From Leucoraja ocellata (lineage: Eukaryota), in assembly GCA_036785375.1 (NCBI GenBank), contig JAWMAR010000065.1, positions 6,820,001 through 6,884,000 on the forward strand: 64,000 nt of DNA, in the 5' to 3' direction. A model generated the notes under the pieces. The model made no database searches, was not told the origin of the DNA, and saw nothing but the letters and a program-made list of their open reading frames with translations. Position 1 is the first letter of the stretch, and each line of letters starts with the position of its first letter. The translations under genes were made by a program, and so were the position numbers. Below, one piece after another: positions 39,116 to 50,449 of the stretch.

Positions 39116-41111
39116 TATCTCTTGTCTATGCATCCACAAACATAGGTGTGCACATATTTTTCTGGCATGGAGGGGATGTAGATAAGACTCTTTTTCCTCC
39201 TCTAAGTCATATAATTTCATACCATGCTGTCAATGACTGCAATGTTTCTAAAATATATTATAATATTCAAAAGTGACATTTCCCTGCTTCCTGAGAGTAT
39301 TTTCGAAACCAAAATTAGAATTTAAGGCCAAGAAAATTGTGAAAGTAGAATCAACCTGCCTCCAGCATTGACTGGAGATTATCTGTTACTAAACAGAAAA
39401 AAAATGTTGGCGATCTATTCCTCCATTATTCCTGCAATCCAATTCAAAACCTACCTGAGGATCATGAACCATCAAAGCACAAGAAGAAAATTACCAATTA
39501 AATCAATAATTAAAAGGTGGCACAGACTGAATTAAACCCAGTTAATGATTCTCCTCCAAAATACAAGCATCATAAACAAGTGCAATTAAGGATAAATTGA
39601 AGAATGCTTTGACAATCCTTGCATACAAAGCACACTTTAATCATTTCATACAGTTATAATATCTACTGTTGGCAGAATCAGTGCTTAGACAGCAGCTATC
39701 CAGCAATGATAGAGGGAATGTAGGAAAAAACAAAATTCAATGCATGAGGGATTCTCTATCTGAAAGAAAAGAAATCTGTGCTTCGGATGCTTCATGGTAA
39801 CGTAGTCCCAAAAAACACGACCATTGATACAGAAGCATTTTTTTTGCATTTACAACTACTTTCACTGCGGCTGTGAAAATCATTGTGGCCATTAACAATG
39901 ATGCTGCTTGCTCTTTCTGGGCTCCAGGGTTTGGCAGTGCAAGAAATTGTCAATCATTTACACGTTTTTACAGCAGAAACTTGGTTTATTGCTAATGAAG
40001 TCTCCGGTTTAAAGCAACATCTGCACTTCCTTCCTACACACCTCTTCATATTTGCTAAATCATAGCAGCAGTTACTAACGGTCTAATTTAATCGTTTTTT
40101 TCCCCTCAACATTAGCACTGACAGACACAGATAATAATTAATTAATTAAAGACCATCTCCGTTTTTCTCCACCGGGGACAGAGTCGGCGGCTTGACTGGT
40201 GACGGAGATTGAACCAGCATTCCCGGTGATGAAATAGGAGACTGTGGCTCAGGCAGAGGAGGCATCGCCATTGGCAGAGCCGCTGCAGAAGTGGGTTGTT
40301 GTGCTGGTACAGGCGGATTGATGCCCCTGGACATGGACGGAAGTAAACTTGTACGGTCTGGATAATACGAAGGTGGAACCAGGTCATTCACAGGCAGGAT
40401 ATGTTGCCTGTAGGTGCCGCCATCAGCACTGACCAGATATGAGCGCGGCTCAGAGGCCGTTCCAGAAATTAGACCGATACAGTCATGGCCTTTGTCAGTT
40501 TGCAAACAAACCACCTGCCCCTTGGTTAATGGTGGCAGCGGCCTGCTTGTTTTGTCATACCACATGCCATTCAAATATGTCAGTTGCCACTGTAGACCAC
40601 GAGAGGGCAGGAGTCGGATGTGAGAAGTGGTTGCTTTTGTTGATGAGGTGCCAAGCTGTGACACACTGCACAGGATGCCACATCCAGCTGATGTATTCAG
40701 CCATACCAGGCCAGTAAAACATGTTTTATGCTCGTAGGATGGTGGCTTCAGCACCTGGGTGCCCTGCATGGACAGCATTAAAATACTTGCTGAGCAGCGA
40801 AGCAGGGACCACAGCTTTATGGCCTTTTACGATAATGCCATCCTGCAGTACTAGCTCATAGCGGACGGCAAAGAAAGGCCGAACTGGCAGCAGTAGATTG
40901 TAATGTTTGTTTGCCCAGCGACACTTAAATGACGGCGGCAAGCAACCACAAGGTACTGTCAGCAGCAGCGTGGGTAACCAGGTCCTCCACACAGGACGAG
41001 GGAATAAAGGACACAGTCATTACAATAAAGTCATCATCCGGTGAGGACGGACCCTAACAGGTCTTTCGGGGTGCACGCGAGACAGTCAGCCAGGTGCATG
41101 TCCTTACCCCA

Positions 41112-41160
41112 TTCTGCTTTCCAATTGGAGGCGTGGGTTCGAATCCCACTTCTGACACTA
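41112..41160 (+). other. Copy of the tRNA-Leu(CAA)-type 3' half including CCA (here CTA), forming an over-long PBS
   Basis: ttctgctttccaattggaggcgtgggttcgaatcccacttctgacacta versus recalled vertebrate tRNA-Leu-CAA 3' exon TTCTGGTCTCCAATGGAGGCGTGGGTTCGAATCCCACTTCTGACA+CCA. Confidence 0.85.
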
Positions 41161-41326
41161 TGTTGAGCTCTGCTGTTGGAATAACTTAGTGATTGAGATC
41201 CAAACACTTTATTAGCATTACAGCAGAGGTAACTTCATGTTAACACATAACTCCAGACTGAGGAAGAAAGGGAAGAGAAGCTTTCTGTTAACTAGTGGGC
41301 GGAGCCGCAAAGTATAACTCATAACA
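41161..41326 (-). repeat. Short LTR (~166 bp), TG...CA termini
   Basis: Minus strand tgttatgag...aataaaag...gagctcaaca immediately followed by the PBS. Confidence 0.75.
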
Positions 41327-41437
41327 TGAGTGATAGTGATCTACAGAGATTTTATTGCTGGAACTCCAGTTCATGGAAATATCCCAAATCCTGTTTGGTA
41401 AAAGAGAACAAGAGTATATCCAAATCTCACATGTGTT

Positions 41438-41735
41438 TTGTTTAGTTTAGTCTGGTTTAGTTTAGACATACAGCGTAAAAACAGGCCCTTTGGCGCATCA
41501 AGTCTGTGCGGGAGAACGACCACTTGTACACTAGTTCTATCCTACATGCTAGGAACAATTTTACTGAAACCAATTAACCTACAAACCTGCACGTCTTTAG
41601 AATGTGGGGGCACCCAAAGTAAACCCATGCAGTCACAGGAAGAACGAACAAACTCTGTACAGATGTTAAATGGTCAAGAATGCACTTGGTCTCCGGCACT
41701 GTAAAGCAGCAGCACTACTGCTGTGCCATTGTGTC
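41438..41735 (-). mobile_element. Older V-SINE
   Basis: (tttag)n tail, caattaacctacaaacctgcacgtc core. Confidence 0.85.
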
Positions 41736-41799
41736 ACCCTAAACCTACTTCAATGAAATTTCCTTGAGAATTGTGGTTGGTGAAAATATTGTACGCTCA

Positions 41800-42046
41800 T
41801 AAAACATAGAAGCAGAATTAAGCCATATGGCCCATCAAGTTTGCTCCGCCATTCGATAACGGTTGATCTAATTTTCCCTCTCAACCCAATTCTCCTGCCT
41901 TCTCCCCGTAAACTTTTGAAGCTCTTACTAATCAAGAATCTATCGATCCCCACTTTAAAAAAATTCAATGACTTGGCCTCCGCAGCTGTCTGCGGCAATG
42001 AATTCCACAGATTCACCAGCTTTTGGCTAAAGAAATTCCTTCTCAT
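41800..42046 (-). mobile_element. CR1 3' fragment
   Basis: RRNFFSQKLVNLWNSLPQ. Confidence 0.9.
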
Positions 42047-45000
42047 CAAAAAAGAGGATGAACTGTAGCATAATAATTTAATGTATACACGTGTATTTAT
42101 AAGCTGATTGCTACTGGAATAAATAATAGATTCTGGCAGGCAAACTTCCTTTCCCTTGACAACTGCAAAACACTGGGATGTGAAGTCGTGCCTCTGAAGT
42201 GAATGTGTTCTGTAGGAAATGAAAAGACTGTGGTGTGGCTTTGGGCTTTAAGTAACAACAGGACATTTCAATCATTCATCATTCATAATGTATCACTGCC
42301 CAGTAAACATCTGTTGGTAAATTGGCACACACAAGAAAAGACTGATTTCATTAAATCACATTCTTATACCGTATAACACAAAGTCTGATCATTTTTTTCC
42401 TTTGTTTACTAGGCAAAGCTTTCAGATAGGATTTGGTTTATGTGTATCTCATTGTGAAAATTGAAAGGGTTATTACATTCCTGAATGCCAATTTCTGATA
42501 CAACAGTCTGGTTGCCTCATTACATTTGGGTCTTATGAATACTGATATAATGATGTGAGAATTGCCAATGCTTATAACATTCTGTATTTTCAATCAGTTT
42601 TCCTCGTGTTAGTGGCATTCAGCATTCTACCTCTAGACACCCTGTCATTTACATTCTGTTAGTTTTCCATTTTTCTTAAGCAGTATGACTACAATGAAGC
42701 ACAATAATTCAGAAAATTGTGATCTCTTTTGCATTTCAGTTTGCAATTTTCTCCATCTGCCTTTTAACAAGTACATTTACATTCAAACACATTTGATGGT
42801 ATTTTGAAAGCGCCGATTATTCAGAATGGTAAGGACCAAAGGGACCATTTTGGATGACTGAAGCCCCAGGGCAGTAAATAATGGTCTGAATTAATTTCAT
42901 CTGTCCATTGCCCTCCACAGATGCGGCCTGCCCCGCTGAGTTTCTCCAGCAGTTTGTTTTTTATGGCTCAAGATTCCAGCATCCGCAGTCATTTATGTAA
43001 TCTCACATAGCTTTATCAATCTTTACATTTAGAGCTGGAAATTTAAACCAACCTGCTATATCACATAATCACCTCCTTATGCTCTCTTTACCACCCTTGG
43101 ATATGTTACAACCTATCTTCTCATCCAAGTCGTTAATATAACTTGTGAATAGATGAGGCTTAATATGGATCCCAATGGCACAATGAAATAACAACCTGCC
43201 AACCTGAAAAATATCTTTCTTTTTCTAAATCACTCTCCATTTTTTGTCTTGGTTAGAAAGGAATCGGACTAAAATAAAAATGACCCTGTGTGTGTATAAT
43301 TCTTCTTTGTATACTCCCAGGCACCACTTTTTGGCTGCTGATATTTAATTATGTGATGAAATATAGGGTAGCTCTACCAGTCTTCTGATGTTACTTCAGC
43401 AGAATTCCCAAATTCCCACAGTCCAATGGCATCAATCAACTCGGAGTTACAGACCAGTGAAATACACAGGCATGTTGTGCTAGTTTGGAACATTTAGAGA
43501 AGCAAAGGTCTCCTGAAGCTCACTTCACCATTCAAAAATCATGTCTGCCCCATTTCTCTCGACTGTCTTCATGTGCAAAAATCTATTATTTTCAGACTTG
43601 GGGGGCTAGATTTAAATATTTACAATTGACCATGTAATGAAAAATTCCCCTCGTTTGTTCTCAACCCTCCAACTGAATTAAACAGCCTCTTGGAACTACT
43701 TCACAAATCCCTTCATGAATCTCGTATTATCTCAATGATCCCCTCTCTTTCATCTAAACCAGTAAGCGAAGGATAATCCAACTTGACCTTATTTATGTTA
43801 TGTTTGGCTATTTAAGTTTGTGAGTTCAGTTCAAAATAATCTAGAATTTGGTTTTCAAAAGGTAGTGGAAGATAATTTAAATTATTATAATGTTCCGTGG
43901 TCTTGAGGAGGCTGTGGGAGGAAAGGAAGTTGTCTTCAGTAACTGATTAGTTTTTATGTTCTGTCATGGTGAACAATGGTGACAGGCCCAGATTTATTGC
44001 TCTTCCATTTACCCTCTGAGATTTCTTTGACCGTGTGGGTGAATAGCTCACTTGTTGATAACACTACTGTATTAAGTTCCCTTCCCTGAAGCATTAGAAA
44101 AAAAAAAGGTTTGGAGGAATATGGGCCAAATGTGGGCAGGTACGACTAGTGTATGTGGGGCATCTTGGTGGGCATGGGCAAGTTCGGCCGAAGGGCCTGT
44201 TTCCCTGCTGTATGACTCTATACTGTAACTGCACCCAGTACACTCTAACAATATGACCATTTATTTCTGATACCAACCCAGAAATTGCTGAAATTATTTA
44301 ATTTGGTTTGAAATCATCAGCTGATTGGACCTTAGTCCAACACCATAGTCATTATAAAAACTATTTCCTTTTGAGAGGAATGAGAGATTATAAATAACAC
44401 TCATCCAAGTTTGGATGGGAGATGCCAGTATCCATCGGGTATTTTAACATTGAAAATATGATGAGGGAAAGCCACATGAAGCTTGAAGTGGACATTTAGC
44501 TGATCACCTGATGAAGTACTCTGGACATTTTACTGTCACAGAGTCTTCATGGACTGAATGTCACAGCCACCAGGGAAGCGATAGCACTTTGAAGAAAGTT
44601 GCCCAAGATGTGACAATCACTGTAGTGTAGATTCCCCTTTATCTGACATGGGTTAATGTGATCTCAAACATCCTGCAATAGTGATGGGAGTAAGAGGTCC
44701 ACATAACTATACCCAGTAAACAGAGAAGGAAAGAAGTCCAAGTTTTAATTAACGTTTTAGAATGTGAGGAATTAAAGACAGGAAAATACATTCGAGATTA
44801 AGCTAGAAGCTGAAATATAAGTTTAGCAAAATTAAAAACATTTTTTATTAATTTAAAATCCATGTTTTAAAATATTCATCAAAGGGAATTACAATTTTAG
44901 GGCCAGAGAGATTGCGAGGCAGGAATTATAGTTTAGCATGCCATTGAAAACTCATACAGCTCATAAAATAAAGTGGAACATTTTTACGCTGCTTTACAGC

Positions 45001-45419
45001 TCATAAATATCTGAAGGTTTCATCACATCACTGATTTCTGGAGTTAATGCTGGAGAAGGCTGCAAAGCAGAAAATCCACTGAGGAACAGAATCATTGACA
45101 GCAACATATGGATTTCTGCATTTAACTGTTTTTGTGCTTGCTGCAGTTTCACAGAACAAGTATGGTGACAAGAACAAGTATAGATACTGTAGTTTCACAA
45201 CTGCAAAGTTCCCCACCCTCTCCTCCCATCCCCACCCCACCCCCACCCTACCCATCTTTCAGCTCCTCTGCAATAGGAGGTGCAGGCATTGTGTTATTTA
45301 TACTGAGCTGAAGACTGATTTATATGGTGGTGCTGGGAATTGTGAGGGCTTTGTTAACCCTTCCGTCTCACTCTTGAGAGGCTATATCCCAGGTTCAGTG
45401 ATACTGGAACTGGGATCAT

Positions 45420-46080
45420 CAACTCAAGATTTAAAAATGAGATGAGAAAGCATCAAGAAACTTTCACTACAAAAGTTGTGAATATTTGGAATTCTATCAT
45501 CTGAAATCTTATTAAAGCTCATTTGATGAGGATACTCAGGGTTGAGGTTAATTGATTGTTGGGAATTTTATGGAGTAAAGAAATACGGGAATAGGATGGG
45601 AAAAAGTAAATGTTCAGCTAATGATCTTATTGAACAGCAAAACAGGCTTGAAGGATCTGTCCGTGTTCTCCAGAGATGCTGCCCGACCCAGCACTTTGTG
45701 TCCTTCCTTGGAATACCCTACTGCGTATCTCTTATGTATTTAAACCCGATCAGGGAGAGTGGGAAAAGATGACTCCTCACCAGGGTTAATCGCCATGATT
45801 TCCACATAATCTTCCAATATATTTTTCCCATTTGTTGGATGGGTTCTGTGGGTTTTGTTGTAGAGAATTTGTGGAATTCTCTGCCACACAAGGCAGTCGA
45901 CGTCAATTCACGAGATGAATTTAAAAGGGAGTTGATAGAGCTCCCGGGGCTAGCGGAATCAAGGGATATGGGGAGAAGGCAGGCACGGGTTACTGATTGT
46001 GGATGATCAGCCATGATCACAATGGCTCGAAGGGCCAAATGGCATTCTCCTGCACCTATTTTCTATGTTTCTATTTTCTA
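45420..46080 (+). mobile_element. CR1 3' fragments (45420-45655 old; 45862-46080 younger)
   Basis: gaatttgtggaattctctgccacac...ctattttctatgtttc. Confidence 0.8.
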
Positions 46081-46717
46081 TGCATTGCTTTTTATTGGCA
46101 GAAACATATTATCAATGTACTTTATCAGCCACCTTTGCACATGTAGATCGTAAAACACCAAATGCTTTAATGTAATGCTTTTTAGTGAAGGAATCAATTT
46201 TATCAGTGCAAAAGGCAACTGAACATAATGAAACCATGAATTGCTCTTAAACAGTCATTTTATGATTTTGTTATTGCTGTATTGAGGGGGATTGTGACTC
46301 GTGCAACATACTGCACCTCACAAATATAATTTTACTATGTCTTTTTATTATTGAATATTTAACATTTTGATTTATATTCTGGAACTGCAGATATTACTGC
46401 TGAGGATATTGGTGAATGATTAGTAGACACATATAATATTTATCTGAGTTCTTTTTGTATTAAATTAAAATAGTGGCTTTGGCAAGGTCATACAAATGTG
46501 CTCATCCCACAGATATACTTCGACAATTATAGAGCTTCATTTACTAACTTCTCGATAGTATTACAGGAATTTCCTGTCTTTATTTGAAAGTTACAGGTAA
46601 TTACATTCATTATCAGTTAATATTATGTGGGTTTTCAGTATGTGCCAAGACTATCCACACAATGGAAGGAAGAAGCACTTGGACAGATACATGGAAAGGA
46701 AAGGTTTGGAGGGATAA

Positions 46718-47085
46718 TGATACGATACAATAGAACATTATTTACCCCAGGAGGGATATTGATCTGCTACCAGTCGTAAAACGCAAGTTTCATGAAGCAT
46801 GGAATTAAAGTGACGAGTAGAAGGGATTGGGGATGTGCAAAGATTTGGGGAAGGGAGGGGGGAAGGGGAGTCAGTCTACCCCATGAGAGAAGCGGGAGGA
46901 GTTGTACAGTTTGATAGCCACAGGGAAGAAGGATCCCCTGTGGCGTTCTGTACTTCATCTTGGTGGAACCAGTCTGTTGCTGAAGATACTCCTCAGGTTG
47001 ACCAGTGTGTCATGGAGGAGGTGAGCTGTATTGTCCAAGATGCTCTGCAGTTTGAGGAGCATTCTCCCCTTCAGGATGTTGCCAG
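46718..47085 (-). mobile_element. Rex1-type LINE 3' end
   Basis: ILDNTAHLLHDTLVNLRSIFSNRLVPPR; (gatac)n tail. Confidence 0.75.
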
Positions 47086-47089
47086 AACC

Positions 47090-47318
47090 TGTATGTGTAG
47101 GAAGGAACTGCAGATGCTGGTTTACACCAGAGATAGACACAAAAAGCTGGAGTAACTCAGCGGGACAGGCAACATCACTGGATAGAAGGAATAGGTGACT
47201 TTTCGGGTTGAGACCCTTCTTCCTCGAAGAAGGGTTTCGACCTGAATCTCACCCATTCCTACTCTCCACAGATGGTCCCTGTCCCGCTGAGTTACTTCAG
47301 CTTTTTGTGTCTATCTTT
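47090..47318. mobile_element. Penelope-derived fold-back element
   Basis: agatagacacaaaaagctggagtaactcagcgggacagg / cctgtcccgctgagttacttcagctttttgtgtctatct. Confidence 0.8.
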
Positions 47319-47319
47319 T

Positions 47320-47755
47320 TGTTGCCAGGATTTGAGGACCTGAGCTACAGAGAGAGGTTGAGCAGGCTAGGGTTTTATTCCTTGCAGGGCAGGAAGTTGA
47401 GGGGTGATCTTATAGAGGTGTACAAGATCACGAGAGGAATAGATAGGGTGAATGCACAGTCTTTTACCTAGAGTAAGGGAATCAAAAACCAGAGGACATA
47501 GGTTTAAACTGAGGGGGGAAAGATTTAATGGGAACCTGAGAGGTAACTTTTTTACAGAAAGGGTGGGAGGTATTTGGAACAAGCTGCTGGAGGAGGTAGT
47601 TGAGGCAGGTACTACCGCAACGTTTAAGAAACATTTCAACAGATCGGGTAGGTTTAGAGGAATACGGGCCAAAAGCAGGCAGGAGGGACTAGTGTAGATG
47701 GGGCATTTTGGTTGGTGCGGGCAAGTTGGGTGGAAAGGCCTGTTTCCGCGCTGTA
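47320..47755 (+). mobile_element. CR1/HER1-like 3' fragment
   Basis: LPGFEDLSYRERLSRLG, SKTRGHRFKLRGERF. Confidence 0.92.
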
Positions 47756-48160
47756 ACATAGAAACATAGAAAATAGATGCAGGAGTAGGCCATTCGGCCC
47801 TTTGAGCATGCACCACCATTCAATATGATCATGGTTGATCATCCAACTCAGTATCCTGTACCTGCCTTCTCTCCATACCCCCTGATCCCTTAAGCCACAA
47901 GGGCCACATCTAACTCCCTCTTAAATATAGCCAATGAACTGGCCTCAACTACCTTCTGTGGCAGAGAATTCCAGAGATTCACCACTCTCTGTGTGAAAAA
48001 TGTTTTCCTCATCTCATTCCTAAAAGATTTCCCCCTTATCCTTAAACTGTGACCCCTAGTTCTGGACTTCCCCAACATCGGGAACAATATTCCTGCATCT
48101 AGCCTGTCCCACCCCTTAAGAATTTTGTAAGTTTCTATAAGATCCCCCCTCAATCTTCTA
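47756..48160 (-). mobile_element. CR1 3' fragment, tail-to-tail with the previous copy
   Basis: RRLRGDLIETYKILKG...; acatagaaacatagaaa tail. Confidence 0.95.
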
Positions 48161-49387
48161 ACTGTATCTGTAACTGTATGACTGTGTGGCATTGATGGTA
48201 GCAGCCTAAACGAGGCAAGGGTATCCACCAGGTTCCTCCATAACCCGCTAGCACTATGACCCATCACCGCACCATTGAAGCCTTCCCTCATCCCCGTCCC
48301 ACGCTAATTCACCCACAACCCTCTCCATTTCATTGTTCCTCTGTATGTTCCCTCATCCACATGGCATTCCTTGTGGGGGGAAAAGAGAGCTCACTTCAAG
48401 GGTGTTGACCCAGCAGCTCAGCTCTGCAATGGGATGACAGCCATGACTCAGGCAATAGCTGCCAATTGTGAATGGACAGGGTGAGGTCTACTGCTTGCAA
48501 GTGGGGGAAATAGTGACTCTTTAAAGGGGAGATGCTGCTTTTTTCTTTGTTGACCCCTGGCAAGCGATTGTTTGCTGTGTGTCTGAGTGCTGTCCTGCCT
48601 CTAATGCATTGGCTGGTGCAGTGCAGTCAACAAATACCCTGTTAATTCTAACTTGCCAGTACAGCTGGAGAGTGAATCTGTCAGCTGCGAGCACTGGCTC
48701 TGATAATGCCATAGCCAACTCTATAAACTCATTTGCTGTAAACCAGTTGCTATCAAAGTCAGCAAATCAGCAAATCCATGCCTTTGCCTAGAAAGGGCAG
48801 AATGTGGGTTGGCTCTGCGGAACTGCTCAAGATAGTAACCTTGCAAAGTGTTGTAAGCCAGGTTTACCTCAAATGCTGGAAGCTTTATGGCAAGGAGTCA
48901 AAGGATGAAGATAATTTCTAATGAAAATCAAAAACAGCGGATGTTAGGATTGGAAACACGAAGCTTATGCGAGATATCGTATGAGCCGCTGAGTGTTATC
49001 AGACAATTTCAATGTCTGACTAATAAGGTTAGCAGTAGACTTCCTGGAACAGCCTGGAACTAGGATTTTCTCTGAGTACTGCACCAAGGAGCTGAGAATA
49101 TGAGCACTTTATATTTTCCAACACATTATGCCACTGTGAAATCAGACATCATGTAATGAGGGATCAGTTTGTCTGGTGATTCATGCAGTGAAACTTCCAA
49201 AAGTAGGAATATAACCAAGCGGAGCTGGCAACATTTAATTAATGCAGATGGCTGGAGGAAACGATATCATTATGGCGTTATTGGGAAAATTTAATCTGCA
49301 AAAGCTCCAGATCTGACACTTCCGGTCTATTTCTACGTGAATGGAATAAAGCTCAAAGTGGTTCATTTCTGATGATTTTTACAAGGC

Positions 49388-49590
49388 ACCGTTCTCCCTG
49401 TGACTGTGTGGGTTTTCTCCAGATGCCCCGGTTTCCTTCGACGCTCCAAAGAAATAGAGGTTAGTAGGTTAATTGGCTTCGATAAAATTGTAAATTATCC
49501 CTAGTGTGCAGGATGGGGCTGGTGTACGGGGTGATTGCTGGCTGGCGCAGACTTGGTGGGCTGAAGCGGCTGTTTCCTCGCTGTATCTCG
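49388..49590 (+). mobile_element. V-SINE, 5'-truncated
   Basis: gttctccctgtgactgtgtgggttttctcc...tgtttcctcgctgtatctc. Confidence 0.85.
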
Positions 49591-50449
49591 ACAGTATCTA
49601 TATTACTAAAAATCTGATCTTGACCACTTCCTGTTGTTCTGTATATTGATTTTAGAAAAAATGCTGCCCCTTATGGCTGTGATTTTTGGCCATCTTACTC
49701 AGAATCCCCCTCCTCTGCGCAGGACAAGAGGATTTTTCCATTGATTAAAAATAAAAGAGTTATTAGTGTCTCAGGCTGAGCTGTGAATAACACTGAACAC
49801 ATGTCTACTAAACTGTGAGTGTGGTTTTACTAACCTTGAGTGCCCTTAATGTGGTTTGAAAATGAATATGTGGTTGGTTTGAAATAAAGCACAGCAAATG
49901 GTTGGTGGTGGTTGGTTGAAATAAAGCACAGCAAATGGTTGGTGGTGGTTGGTTTGAAATGGCAAATGATTAAAAGTCCAAACTTGACAACTTCCTGTTT
50001 GCAGTGTATATTGATTAATAGATAAACGCTACCACTTACGGCCGAGATTCTTGGCCACCTTACTCAGTCCCCCTCCGCTCATCAGGTGCAGAGTGTTATT
50101 AGTGTTTAAAAAATGTTGAGAATCTCTCTCCTGTCAATCACGCCATGAAGGCCACGCCCCTTCTGGTGGGAGGGGGGAGGGATTATAAAACCCGGAAGTG
50201 TGGGTGTGGCTCAGTCTCTGCAAGATGGCGGAAGGAGAGGTCACGACTGTCTGAGCTGTGAATCAACTGAACACACTGAATGTCTACTGAACTGTGTGTG
50301 GTGTTTTGTGTGGTGTTAGGGTGGTTTGACCCTGCTTGAAATGGTATGAAACTGCATTTGAATGTGGTGGCCTTGCACCCTGCTTGAAGTGGCATGAAAC
50401 TGCACTTGAATTTGGTGGCCTTGCACCCTGCTTGAAGTGGTAGGAAACT

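Larger units (their letters stand above)
40146..41326 (-). mobile_element. Internally deleted Gypsy LTR retrotransposon: 5' LTR, extended tRNA-Leu PBS, RNase H end and integrase fragments; no 3' LTR found
   Basis: GKDMHLAD; ELVLQDGIIVKGHKAVVPASL..HAGHPG..FYWPGM (integrase Zn region); YDKTSRPLPPL..PRSYLV. Confidence 0.85.

Noticed and set aside
41112-41160. Functional tRNA-Leu gene
   Set aside because: Only the 3' half is present, with an encoded CCA-like end abutting an LTR, so it is a reverse-transcribed primer copy
42740-42834. Exon between ttgcatttcag and ATG|gtaagg
   Set aside because: All three frames contain stops from that acceptor; the shorter alternative has no recognisable peptide
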